Positions 14,066 through 28,063 of a DNA stretch of 64,000 bases are shown one piece after another. Source of the stretch: Octopus vulgaris (Eukaryota); the NCBI GenBank assembly GCA_951406725.2, contig OX597833.1, positions 1,426,001-1,490,000 on the forward strand. Direction: 5' to 3'. Below the pieces are notes generated by a model. It was not told where the DNA came from. It saw nothing but the letters and a program-made list of their open reading frames with translations, and did not search any database. Position 1 is the first letter of the stretch. Every line of letters starts with the position of its first letter. The position numbers and the translations under genes are program-made.

Positions 14066-15430
14066 GGAGAGAGAGACGTGCACATATATATAGTTCTATT
14101 TCTGTCTGTCTCTCCTTTTCTCTTTGTCTTTCTGTCTGCCTTTCTGCTTCACTCTCTCTGTCTGTCTGTCTCTCTCTGTCTCTCTCTCTCTCTTCCGGAT
14201 TTTTTTCCTTTGTCTTGCGTTCAGTATCCATTCTGTTCCATCTGTCCTTCTGTCTCAGGCTCCTTCGGTATTTTTGTGCATTTTTGCGTTCATCTGTGCA
14301 TGTTCATGCGTGTATGTGCTTCCGTAAGTGAACGTAACGTGTTCGTATGGTTCGTAAGCGCGTGTTTATGCGTCTGTGCGCGCGAGACTCCTTCTTTTCA
14401 CCTCAACATGATGCTCTCATTTCTCTGTTGAGCGCTACATAGATTTTAGCAACATCATCAACATGTCTTCCCTTTGTTTTTTACTTATCCGGATTTTAGC
14501 TTCCTTCATACAACATTAACAGCTGACTTGCTTTGACAGAAACCCTTCTCGAAAAAGAAAATAAACAAATGAAATGAAACGAACAATAAATACGAAATAA
14601 ACAAAAATAATTATCTCAAATCAAAAACCACGCAACACCTACTAAAACATTGTGCTGACATAGATTTCGTTTGCGGCATCAAAAAACCTTCCCACAAACT
14701 CCAGAAAAAACAAATTCAAGACAAAACAACCACACAATGCGCTCAGTTCTGTTTTAATTCTACATTTATCACACGATTTTATTTTCCTTGATGCCAGTCA
14801 ACGCCTCTCACTCGCAGTTTCTTCTTTGCCTTTTCCTTTATGTTATATTTCATTTCTGTTCTTGTTTAAAATTGAAATGAGGTGTATGTCAACAAGTGTA
14901 ATTAGTTAAAGCTTGGCAGTCAAAATTTCACGTAATTAAACGCTTCTTAATGTTTTCCTTCGCTAATTATTTATTTTTTAAGCTTTTTCTTCCGTGATCC
15001 ACTGCCATACCTCACATTCGCAACTGATTCAAGCTGTATTTTTGTGAAAGTCGTGTTAATTAATCAATTTATTTATTTACGTATTTTATAAAAGAGTAAG
15101 ACAAGCATAATCTTGTAATTAAACTGATTCCAGTGACGGATCTTGATCCTTTTATTGTTAATCGATTCCTTTAAAGACAGCAGGCTGCCAGAAACTGTTC
15201 CACGTCAGAAAAAATACATTGTTTCCTGTTTTCCGCTTTACGTTCTAAATTTAACCCCCTCCGGCGTCGTTAAAATATATACCAGTGTACTACCAGGTAA
15301 AGAAAATCCACCGACCCCACCCATCCTCGTTATTGCTGAACCCAAATTTCTTAAAATCGTTATTATTTGTTCGACAGAAGGCAGTGCTCCAGCATGACGG
15401 CCGTCAAATGACTGAAACAAATCAAAGAAT

Positions 15431-15551
<121 letters not shown>

Positions 15552-15782
15552 CGTGACCGACCAGGCTATCAGATGTTGTTACACATCGCTGGTCACAATG
15601 CGCTTCGCATTATTTTAGCCTTCGAAATGAATCCACCCCGCTGGCTAAGCGAGCAGGCCAATATATATATATATATATATGGTAAAAACGGTAAGATAAC
15701 AAAAGAAAGAAAGATACCTCAATATTATGTAAATAGAGGAAATTTATCTATAAAATAATATGTTACATTTACTCAATAGTCA

Positions 15783-15845
15783 AGATAAAACTCTCAGTTT
15801 CAGATGCCGAACTGGAAATCCACAACACCATCTCTTCGGTTATCT
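15783..15845 (-). ncRNA. Type I hammerhead motif, U4C core variant (element about 15680-15853 within TA repeats)
   Basis: AGATAA-CCGAAGA-GATG...CATC-T-GAAA-CTGAGAG-TT-TTATCT, with 6-bp stem I. Confidence 0.6.
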
Positions 15846-15850
15846 GGCCA

Positions 15851-15901
<51 letters not shown>

Positions 15902-16210
15902 AATATATGGATATATACATACATATACACATATATGATCTGATGCAAAATCTGTAGAAGGAAACGTGGACATACTTGGTATTAATTTAATTACCTTTAT
16001 ATTACTTATTGAGCACATCCAGTGATGATTACGTCATCTGAAGATGACGTAAACGATGATATTAATTGAAAAGTAGTCGCCACTTAATTTCTGAAAGTCG
16101 TTTTCTATTTAACTATTTCCCTAATTTTATCAGACATGAAATTTTCCACGCTGTTATTACCAAATTAATCTACACAATAAACGTTATACGTAGGTGTATT
16201 TATTTCGTGA

Positions 16211-16252
<42 letters not shown>

Positions 16253-16417
16253 GTTTGTCTCTCTCTCTCTTTATATACATATATGAGAGAGAGAGTAAGA
16301 GAGAGCGAGGAAGACACAGATACAGAAAGAAAATGGGTGAATTTATACAAACATTACGTTTTATATAGGTGAGTAAAAGTTTGTATGTATATAACTAGCT
16401 AATACGTATTAATGTAA

Positions 16418-16506
<89 letters not shown>

Positions 16507-16936
16507 GTATGTATGTATGTATGTATATGTATATATGTATGTATATTTAAATGCACATATATGTATATAAGTATTAATATACCTACATACGTATATATAC
16601 GTGTATGTGTATGTGTGTGTGTGTAAGTTTGTGTGTGGGTGTGTGTGTAGGTGTGTGTGTCATGTGCGTTTTCAGTTTCTTAATGCAGCAGAGAACAAGC
16701 AATGTTTCCAAGTACGAAATCTAAGCTGTCTTATTAGAATTTAGATAACAAAAGTAGAGTTATTCAGAAAATTCTTTCATACTATCACTATGCCTCTTAC
16801 GGATTAATTCTCTTCTCCTGTCTTAACAAACTTCTTCCTTAATCGGCATACATGTATATACGAGTATGTATACAATTATACACCCACACATACACCAACA
16901 CAGACATACACACATACGATTACATATACAAGTATA

Positions 16937-16984
<48 letters not shown>

Positions 16985-17007
16985 TATACATACATACACA
17001 CATAAAT

Positions 17008-17077
<70 letters not shown>

Positions 17078-17082
<5 letters not shown>

Positions 17083-17228
17083 TATTAAATTAGAGATAAA
17101 ACCACTATTAGGCAAATCAAACAGTAAAAAACATAAGCCAATATTTTAAAATTAATTTTATGTATTGGCTTATGTTTTTCACTGTTTGATTTGCCTAATA
17201 GTGGTTTTATCTCTAATTTAATATAATA
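17078..17228. repeat. Palindrome with about 65-bp arms (inverted pLTR-like ends)
   Basis: TAAATTAGAGATAAAACCACTATTAGGC...AGCCAATA is followed by its reverse complement with 1 mismatch. Related to 28530-28590. Confidence 0.9.
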
Positions 17229-17311
17229 TAACGTAATATATTTATACTATAAAATTGGATTTAATCCTAAATCTAATTTTTCCATGTAAGTTTGGATTTA
17301 TTCCCTAATAT

Positions 17312-17395
<84 letters not shown>

Positions 17396-18012
17396 GTATA
17401 TATATGTAATTTTCATTGTTTTAATTGTTCATGTCAACGTTCTTTATTTTCTAAGCAAAGATAAATGGAATATCTTGCGTGGAGTTTAGGCAACGAAAGA
17501 TAGTTGACAGAATGCCTTACAGATTATCGGCAATGGGCTTGCTTCTTCCACGTCTGACATTCTACACGTAATGTACACAAGTATGTTGTTTCCAGTTCAA
17601 ATATTTGTATTGATACTATTAGTGCAAATATATTTTAGAGTCATCTCTTCTGGTCGTCATATTACCTCGTTTCCTGTCAGATGTCTTACTCTAAGTTAAA
17701 TTACTATTAACCGCTTGATACATTTAAAATTGTCTGGTGGAAAATGGAGAAATAAGGAGGTCGTTTTCGAGAGATGTTGCTACATCTCCGAGACGCCTGA
17801 TGATTCTTTGTAAAGAGCTGAAGCGTGAATGTAAATTAATGATCAAAATCCGAGTAAATTCACACAAGTTGCTTGCTGGAAAACTGAAACTTCCAGGATT
17901 GAATTTAAATGTTCTAACATTTCATAGTTTATCAAATAAACTTCTCCATCAGATTAATATAGAGGTCTACATATTTTTGCTTCACACATGTTGCATATAT
18001 ATATAAATATAA

Positions 18013-18252
18013 ATGCGCCCTTTTAAAGCCTAACCAGGCTCATAGGCCCGGTTTCCGTGGCGTATGTTTTACCCAGCTGGATGGGACGCCAGTCTATCGC
18101 AGCGTTACTCATTTTTGCCAGCTGAGTGGACTGGAGCAACGTGAAATGAAGTGTTTTGCTCAAGAACACCACGCGACGCTCGGTCCAGGAATCAAAACCA
18201 CAATCTTACGATCAGGATGCTGACACCCTAACCACTAAGCCACGCGCCTCCA
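18013..18252 (-). mobile_element. SINE family D (family-C head and CORE-like domain with a different tail)
   Basis: Head and CORE match 7570-7710. The tail GCTGCGATAGACTGGCGTCCCATCCAGCTGGG differs. Confidence 0.8.
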
Positions 18253-18260
18253 CCACATGC

Positions 18261-18298
<38 letters not shown>

Positions 18299-18299
18299 T

Positions 18300-18528
18300 T
18301 TTACTCTTTTATTCTCTTCTTTCAGTCATCTGACTGTGGCCAAGCTGGAGTACTGCCTTTAGTCGAACAAATCTACCCCAGGACTTATTCTTTGTAAGCC
18401 TAGTACTAACTCTGTAGGGCTCTTTTGCCGATCCGCTAAGTTACGGTGACGTAAACACACCAACATCGGTTGTGAAGTGATGTTGAATTGACAAAAACAG
18501 ACACATATATACATGCATACATACAAAT

Positions 18529-18545
<17 letters not shown>
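18300..18545 (-). mobile_element. SINE family A, 3' half
   Basis: Diverged match to the family A tail. Confidence 0.8.
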
Positions 18546-18603
<58 letters not shown>

Positions 18604-19635
18604 CATATTGAAAGCTCGAAACAGGTAATAATAAACAATCGATAACCGAGGAGGGGCTAGACTTCCTGTTGCTATTTTGCCCTTTACTTATCTCTGAGTT
18701 TACGTATTTTTCACTCTCTGGTGCTGTCCTGTACTTAATGTGTATTATTAATTATCTATAATTGAACGTCGCGCAGCTTTTGCAACGCATTTATATATAA
18801 TTTCTGTGACTGCACACTCTGTTCACTGTCTTTCTCTCTATCACTCTAAAATCCTCTATATTTATTTTCCTCCCCTCCTTCTTTGCTGTCCTCTCTCTAT
18901 CTTTCTTTGCTTCTCCTTTCTCCTCACTCCCGTCGTTTCTTTCTCTTCTCTCTCTTTTCCTCTTCCCCTCTGCCTGTTGATCACACGTGTCTACAAGTCA
19001 GTTTTCCCATCTCTCTATCTTTTTGGGATGGGATGTTCAGCAAGCTGGACGTAATTTCTCTCGCCTCTCGCTATCTTTTTCTCTCCTATTATTTTTCTCT
19101 CTTCTACTATTTTTTTGTCTTCTATTTATTCTATATCATTTCAAAAATTTTCCCAGGCGTTACCCATTACAATTCGTGTTCGTCTAACGGCCCTTAATGT
19201 CTGTTTTTGACGATTGTTTATTCAGCACATCAACTCTGGTGTCGTTTCTTCGTTCGAAATATTGTCAACGACTCCTTGTCTCGTTGCGGTAAGATTGAAA
19301 AATCTTGCTCAAAGTCTCTACAGCAGACTTACCAAGTTTTATGCATAATCTCACGTTGACTTTTCGTTCCAGCTTCCTGTCCATAACAAAATCGCAGACT
19401 ACAGCATACACTTGATCGCAAAGACACAAATTTCACAACTTACGAAGTAAACGCAGCGATTCCACACGGCACACTGTCTCATGAAGGTCACTGCTTGCCC
19501 CCAATGTGTACGCCACTAGGCCGGAAAACGTCTGATACCACCTCCTACACATGCAAATACACACTCACCAACACTGAAACACACACATGTACATATATAC
19601 ACACACACAACACACACACGCACAAACATATATAT

Positions 19636-20640
19636 GCGAGCTGGCACAAATGTTAGCACGGCCGGCGAAATGCTTAGCTGTATTTCGTCTGCTGCTACGT
19701 TCTGAGTTCAAATTCCGCCGAGGTCGACTTTGCCTTTCATCCTTTCGGGGTCGATAAATTAAGGACCAGTTACGCACTGGGGTCGATATAATCGACTTAA
19801 TCCGTTTGTCTGTCCTTGTTCGTCTTCTCTGTGTTTAGCCCCTTGTGGGTAGTAAAGAAATAGGTATTTCGTCTGTCTTTACGTTCTGCGTTCAAATTCC
19901 GTCGAGGTCGATTTTGCCTTTCATCCTTTCGGGGTCGATAAATTAAGGACCAGTTACGCACCGGGGTCGATATAATCGACTTAATCCGTTTGTCTGTCCT
20001 TGTCTGTCCCCTCTGTGTTTAGACCCTTGTGGATAGTAAAGAAATAGGTATTTCGTCTGTCTTTACGTTCTGCGTTCAAATTTCGCCGAGGTCGACTTCC
20101 CCTCTCATCATTTCGGGGTCGATGTAATCGACTTAATCCCTTTGTCTGTCCTTGTTTGTCCCCTCTGTGTTTAGCCCCTTGTGGATAGTAAAGAAATAGG
20201 TAATTCGCCTGTCTTTACGTTCTGCGTTCAAATTTCGCCGAGGTTGACTTTCCCTCTCATCCTTTCGGGGTCGATGTAATCGACTTAATCCCTTTGTCTG
20301 TCCTTGTTTGTCTCCTCTATGTTTAGCCCCTTGTGGATAGTAAAGAAATAGGTAATTCGCCTGTCTTTACGTTCTGCGTTCAAATTTCGCCGAGGTCGAC
20401 TTTCCCTCTCATCCTTTCGGGGTCGATGTAATCGACTTAGTCCCTTTGTCTGTCCTTGTCTGTCCCCTCTGTGTTTAGCCCCTTGTGGATAGTAAAGAAA
20501 TACGTATTTCGTCTGTCTTTACGTTCTGCGTTCAAATTTCGCCGAGGTCGACTTTCGGGGTCGATGTAATCGACTTAATCCCTTTGTCTGTCCTTGTTTG
20601 TCCCCTTTTTGTTGAGCCCCTTGTGGGCAATAAAGAAATA
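19636..20640 (+). mobile_element. SINE family B with six head-to-tail body copies
   Basis: Unit GTATTTCGTCTG...TAAAGAAATA restarts at about 19680, 19864, 20048, 20200, 20352 and 20504. Confidence 0.92.
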
Positions 20641-21254
20641 ACAAACATATATATGCGATTGGCTTCATCACAGTTTCCATCTACGACATTCACCCAGAAG
20701 ACAGTGGTTGACTCGGAGCTGTATAATAGAAGATACCAGCACAAAGTACCGTAGCGTGGAAGTTAATCGGACAGCACATGTTTGCTAAACGTCCCTTAAA
20801 TAATACAGAACCATGCTTGCCACTTCCTGCTCATTCTACGAATTTAAACCAAAACGAAAACCACGAGGACACACGTCTTCTGTATAGTGAAGTGAAAATA
20901 ATGCGTCCTGATATTTTCTAGTTACACTGTATTATGGCAAATATACTTTTTCTCACTTAAAATTTTCATTCAAAATAAATTTGTTTTCCGAAAAATAATG
21001 TATCGTTTTATTTTTTCAATTTTCATTGAATTTGTCCTGTAAAACAGTAAAAATGTATTTATAACTGTATGTGTGCATATATGTATGTGTGAATGTATAT
21101 GAGTGTGCATAGGTGTTCATGTGTGCGTTTACTTGTGAGTCATGTGTGTATCTATGTGTATGTATGTTCGTGAGTATTTATATAGTTGTCTCTCTATCTA
21201 TCCCTCTCTCGCACTCTCTCTCTCTCTCTATATATATATCTATCTATCTATCTA

Positions 21255-21339
<85 letters not shown>

Positions 21340-21444
21340 GCTTGTGTGTTTGTTTGTGTGTGTGTGCTTGCGTGTGTGTTTGTGATGTGTGTGTAGTTAT
21401 GCTAGTATGTATGAACGTATATATACATATACGCTTACAAAGAT

Positions 21445-21522
<78 letters not shown>

Positions 21523-22024
21523 TTATGTATATATACATATGTATATATATACATATACATGTATATATATGTATATATATATACATACATAATATATATG
21601 ATATATATATTTATACATTATATATATATATATATATATATGCATGATCTGTTTTTCTGTGTATGTGCGTATGTATGTTTGTCTCTGTGTATGCAATGAT
21701 CCATATATGTATTTATGTGTAGCTGTCTTGCGCATGTAGTGTGTGTGTGGTGTGTGTGTGTGTGTGTGTGTGTGTGTTTACGTGTGTACGGCGAGTGTGA
21801 GTGTGTCTGCTTATGCAGCTCCAAAGTCGTAATCCATTGAACAGAAGCCAACGTGACAACAAAACAAAAGGAACACGTGAAAACGTTTGCCGTAATCCGC
21901 TTTCCCGAGCTAGATTAATTACTTATTTGGAAGGAAATAGGAGACTCGTATTCTAAACGAAAAGAAAAACAAATTTTGGTAACAACCAAAATGTAATTTC
22001 ACACATTACAGGAACTCTTCACAA

Positions 22025-22430
22025 GCGCAGGAGTGGCTGTGTGATAAGTAGCTTGCTTACCAACCACATGGTTCCGGGTTCAGTCCCACTGCGTGACACC
22101 TTGGGCAGGTGTCTTCTACTATAGCCTCGGGCCGACCAAAGCCTTGTGAGTGGATTTCGTAGACGGAAACTGAAAGAAGCTCGTCGTATATATGTATATA
22201 TATATATGTGTGTGTGTGTGTTTGTGTGAGTGTGTTTGTCCCCCTAGCATTGCTTGACAACCGATGCTGGTGTGTTTATGTCCCCGTTACTTAGCGGTTC
22301 GGCAAATGAGACCGATAGAATAAGTACTGGGCTTACAGAAAGAATAAGTCCCGGGGTCGAATTGCTCGACTAAAGGCGGTGCTTCAGCATGGCTGCAGTC
22401 AAATGACTGAAACAAGTAAAAGAGTAAAAG
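22025..22430 (+). mobile_element. SINE family A, full length
   Basis: Near-identical to 825-1240. Confidence 0.92.
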
Positions 22431-22843
22431 AGAGAGAGAGAGAGTCTGTGGAAATCAAAGAACGCCTACTTTGGTACCGCCATAGTAGAGGGCACTTACT
22501 CTGGTTGCCGTACAGTGGGACTGAACGCGGGGTATGTGTGTAAGAATGTATGTATCTATGTAGGCATATATATAGGTATGTCCCTGTTGTTTTTCCTTGA
22601 GATATTACTGAACAAACTCCCCTTAGAGAAGTCGAACCGGTTATTAAAGAAACGGACAAGGATATTTCTTTGAAGTCGAGACGGTTTTTTGGCTTTTGCG
22701 GATATATGAATTGATTAGCGAGTGTACGATGTATATGTGATTGTGTATAAATCGATAAATTTGTTTATGAGATAGATGTACTTGTTAATTTGATATGCAA
22801 GTATGTCAACAACATTGTATATGTGTGCGTCAATGTATATTCC

Positions 22844-22896
<53 letters not shown>

Positions 22897-22913
22897 TATA
22901 TATATAAATATAT

Positions 22914-22949
<36 letters not shown>

Positions 22950-24004
22950 GTATCTGTACACACATGCATGAATATATATATATATATATATATCAGTTTG
23001 AATGTCTTCATTGAAGTATTTTTCTATCTATCTCTTTAAATTATGTGAAATCTCCATGCTAAAAGTTCTACCATTGTTATATAAACAATAACTTGTAAAT
23101 AATCAATACCGTATTTGATAACAGAAACAACGAACTGACACATAATAGTCGCAATCCATATCAGCAGCGCATATTCAATATTAATAGTCTTAACAAAATT
23201 ACAGCATGTAATATAGAGTCAATTTTGCATAGAGAACCGAGGGTGATATTTTTGGAAAATAACGTCCTTTTTATATGCCATCAAATACGGTACATAAGTT
23301 TAGAAAATTCTTGCATATTTTAACAGTTTCATTTTGAGATTGATTTTTGCGAAATGCCACTCACATAAACTCATTATTTGCTTTCGAAAAAAACAAAACA
23401 CAAAAAAACTACTATATTTGAACTTCAGTTATTTAGTAGCATAATGAAATATGGCATCAATTTTGTGTGTAAAATGTGTATCTTTCATTGTATTCCGCCA
23501 TTATACTCTAATTAATATTGAACAAAACCTTAATATCTGTCGGCACCGAATGTCCACAGTGATATATTATTTCTATCTCTGAACAATATCAGACTATAGC
23601 AATTTCTGCTTATTGTTTTAGCTCTAATATCTTTCCATACAGGAATGCAATCGCTTGGTGACATTTGCTGACAGATGCTAATCACATGTTTAATATCTCC
23701 CACAGGTAAGTGAAACAATTGACATATTCATTCGCCTATCCGGAGCTCAAAGGCTTCCAAATCTCTATACTTCTTCTTTTTCGACACGTATTTATCAGCT
23801 AACACTTGCTCTCGGATTAGAAAAGTTTGACTTTCTTTATATGGCGTGTTCTAACAATCACGAATCGTGTGGGGTTATACTTCCTGGCATCAATCTCAAT
23901 TTGTCTTCTTCTTATTATTGTTATTAGCGCGAATGCAACAAGCTGACGGATTCAGTGCGGCATTGAATAAAATACCTCGCGGTATTTGTTCAAGTTGTTA
24001 GTAA

Positions 24005-24240
24005 AGGCGGCGAGCTGGCCGAATCGTTAGCACGCCGGGCGAAATGCTTTGCTGTATTTCGTCTGCCGTTACGTTCGGAGTTCAAATTCCGCCGAGGTCG
24101 ACTTCGCCTTTCATCCTTTCGGGGTCGATTAAATAAGTACCAATTACGCAATGGGGTCGATATAAACGACTTAATCCGTTTGTATGTCCTTGTTCGTCCT
24201 CTCTGTGTTTAGCCCCTTGTGGGTAGTAAAGACATAGGTA
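24005..24240 (+). mobile_element. SINE family B, full length
   Basis: AAGGCGGCGAGCTGGCCGAATCGTTAG head through GTGGGTAGTAAAGA. Confidence 0.9.
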
Positions 24241-24857
24241 TTTGTTCAAGTTGTTCATATTCTGAGTTCAAACCGCTCGATGGTTATTTTATTATTCTCC
24301 CCACGGATGTCGGTGCAATGAAATATCTGTCAAATATTAGGGGGCAATGGTATCGACTAACATCCTCCCCTCAAAACTGGTACCCTAGGGTCGAAATCGA
24401 ATCCATTCTTACAAAAGCAGCGAGCTGGCAGAATAGTTAGAGAGCTGGAAAAAATTATTGGTAATCTACGTTCCGACTCTTTACGCCCTGAATTAAAACC
24501 CTGCTTTTCGTACTTTCGTGATAATAATAATAATAATAATATGTAAGGTATACTAGCCATCTCAATATGGCTAGCCACTGAGGGTGGGTGTTACTGTAGC
24601 TTGTAGCCCCAGGAGAACATCGTCTCCAACTGGCTTTAAGCACACTTTCTGTGCCCTTATGGTATTTGCAAAGGGAGCTCATCCCTCCCTCGTCAACCTA
24701 AGTGGTACGCACGGACTGCAGTTGCTAGGTATTTGCCTGTCTTCAGCGTACGGTAGTCACCGGTTGTCGATGAAGGGGGTCCCAATGCAAATACTTATAT
24801 CGTTTTTCCAGTAACTTTTCGTCACTGATCTCGAAAAACTGTATGCAATAATAATAA

Positions 24858-24926
<69 letters not shown>

Positions 24927-24949
24927 CAACAACAACAACAATAATAACA

Positions 24950-25165
24950 TCCCTTTCTCTAATAGGTATAAGGTCTGGACTTTTGAGGGAGAGGACTAGT
25001 CGATTCAATCGACCCCAGGGTTACTCTCGTACTTAATTTATCGAACCCGAAAGGATGAAAGGCAAAGTCGACCTCGGTGGAATTAGAACTCAGATCGCAG
25101 CAGCAGACGAAATACCGCTGACCGGTTGGCCCGGCGTGCTAACGATACTGCCAGCTTACCGCCTT
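24950..25165 (-). mobile_element. SINE family B, older copy flanked by (AAT)n
   Basis: CCCGAAAGGATGAAAGGCAAAGTCGACCTCGG body. Confidence 0.8.
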
Positions 25166-25167
25166 AC

Positions 25168-25217
25168 TAATGATGATGAAGATAATGATGACGATGATGA
25201 TGATGATGATGATGATG

Positions 25218-25309
<92 letters not shown>

Positions 25310-25436
25310 AAGAAGAAGAAGAACAACAACAACAACAACAACTACAACAACAAAAGTGTCGATGGTGCTTCTGTGAGTGATGATGACGATGAAGAGAATT
25401 ATTGCTTTTGTTGTTGTTGTTGTTTTTGTTGTTGCT
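25168..25436. repeat. Compound (GAT)(AAT)(AAG)(AAC) microsatellite
   Basis: Directly visible. Confidence 0.95.
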
Positions 25437-27341
25437 AATCCTTCAATTGCCGACCGAATCACTTTGAAGTAAATAATTAAAGTTTATGAAAATGTCAGTT
25501 CGATCGCAAAATGCATTGACCGGAAATGGATAACATAGGCCAGAAGGTAAAAAGAAAAACGTACACGCAATCACAAAACCAAAAACAAAAGAAAAATTCA
25601 ACAACTACCATAACAACAACAACAACTAGGAAAAGAAAACAACAACAACAACAGCGATGACGACAATAAAAACAAAAAGTTAAGCTGCCATGATATTAAT
25701 CTGATTGGTAGTAATCGAAGAAAAAAAAAAAGAATAAACGCTAGAAAGGTGAAATATTATGTCCGCCATGTTTGATTGCTGACTTTGAAAGCTTTGCTAA
25801 GTCCACAAAATCATACAATGCTGATATGTTGTGACTTTAGTATTAGTTGATCGATAATTGCCTTCGATAATTTTATGGTAATTATTCAAAATCGGAGGCA
25901 TCGTTGTGCGGTTAAGAAGTTCTAATTGCAATCTCGTAGTTTCTCGTGGTTTCGCTTCGCAATTTCTTGATTTCCCATCGCTCGCTGCATTTAGAAAGTG
26001 TTTCCTACTATTGCAGCTCTGGGCCGAAGAATAATGGAACAGTGCTTTCTGAATGGAATTGGTGGGCGAGAGCATGTGGTTTCGCATCCACTTTGAGCAA
26101 GTGTTTTCCACTGTTAAAAGCCCCGGTCCGAATAATGGAAGAATGGACAAATGCCCTGTGAATGGATTTCGTAGACGATAACATTTTGATATTAGTTCCC
26201 CTGCGGAGCAACATGGGCCGTGTCTTTTATTATAGTCCAGTCCAAACAGTGCCTCGTGAGTGAATCATGATACAGGGAAACTGTGCGGAAGCTCTTAGTA
26301 TATAACCAATGTAGGTATGTGCCTCTCTCTCTCTCTCTCTGTATGTGTCTATTGAGTGTGCATGGCTGTCTGTTTGCCTCCCTTTTGTTTGACAACCGGT
26401 GATGGTTTGTTTGTGACCCTATAACACATTAGTTCAGCAGAATATACAAAAAGAAATAATAATATAACTTGAAAATATAAAATGAAATAAAATAAAATAT
26501 ATTGGTGTCGAGCTGTACGATTAAACGCGCTGTCATACCGTACCCCCACCCTGGCCGCAATCCAACGAGTGAAACACTAGAAAAGATTAAATGAATGGTA
26601 AAAATAGTTGAGAATACGAGTGCTCTGCGCTCAAGCGTATTGAGACGAGATGGATGATGTCATTTGCTGTAAATGGCGAATCCACCTACTTGGTTAGTCG
26701 ACATCATCTGAAGTGTGAAAAGCGACTATGGCTTGGTATTGACTCCTTGAAATTACGTATTACTGCAAGCAATTCTCACACATGAGATGTTAATATAATC
26801 AACAATTTGATGAATACGAATCAACGCACCTCTGTTAAAGGATAATTCAGCAGAGACCTTTGATGAATTTATTTACCAGCCTGGAAGATATCTTACTCGT
26901 GTGAAACAAGATAACAACGATGAAATGGGTTTGTTTCTGTATTGTCTGGGCGATAAAATAGTTGGTTTCTTCGGTGAAAATACGGTGAACTAATGACAAA
27001 CGATCACATTGAAGATAACTTAATTTTTTTCTTTAAGCTGGCGCAGAAGATTTGCATTGCATCTTGCCGCGCTGCTGCGAATATTTCTCCATAAATAAGC
27101 ATCGATAGAGCCTATATTTCTAGCTGGGTATCTCTGTGATTAAACATTAATGCAGTGCAGTGTTCTTTGCCCACTATTGAGCCACGAAAGCTTCCAAATA
27201 TAACATGAGATATGTCCTGGTACCTTGCATGTGACTTCGTTGAGCCTGTAATCTCTCTCAAACATAAAAAGGTCCTCAATTTCATATCACCAATGCACGA
27301 ATGAACTTGAGTAATCATCACCGTCTATTACGGGCCAGAAT

Positions 27342-27519
27342 ATACCCCAAAGAATCGCCGTGAAGAAAGACGACGGCATTTGTCAAGGGCCTATATATAT
27401 TTGAGGAACATACGGTAGAGACATTGTCGTTCTCCGGTGGGTGAACAGGGCTACACATACTAAGATGCACACCTGTCCGAGGAAGCATTCAGATTCCAAA
27501 ATTACACCGATCCTCATAG
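27342..27519 (+). repeat. Left arm of about 178-bp long-range inverted repeat
   Basis: Reverse complement of 30515-30693 with few differences. Confidence 0.9.
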
Positions 27520-27915
27520 AATATTCTAAAATATAACATTCGATGTGGCCTCCGTGGTGTCTCCAAATTTTTTCAATTGTCTATTCACACACGACAGAAG
27601 ACCAAACACAAACCTGGGAGTTTGTATAACACTACGAATACTGGGTAGCATAGAGTAAAATCTGAAGGTGGACGAGTTTTATACTGTACTCTACTACGCT
27701 CTTCACAAAATATACCATAACCATATATATAATTGTTATTATTCAGATTGTTTTTCGCAATTTACAACCGAAAGGCACAGGCATAGTCGTCACTAAAGTG
27801 AGCACAAGCATTGCTAGAAATGAGAGCACTTATCTAACGGCTGGCAAGACGGACAGCTCACTACAGCAAGCGAGATGGACTCATATGATCTCTCTCCTTG
27901 TTTCTTTTCTGTGTA

Positions 27916-27953
27916 TCTTTCTGTCGAAGAGCGTAGGCTCGAAACGTAAAAGA
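27916..27953 (+). ncRNA. Minimal hammerhead-like motif (A6U family, copy 2; element about 27885-28050)
   Basis: TCTTT-CTGTCGA-A-GAGC gtag GCTC-GAAA-CG-TA-AAAGA. Confidence 0.62.
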
Positions 27954-28063
27954 CTTGTTCTATTTCTATTCCTGAGCGCTATACTAATACAATTGTTTGT
28001 TTGTTCTTCACCTGCCTTCGTCTTTTGTTTATTTTCGTAAACCTTCCCGTTATATATATATAT

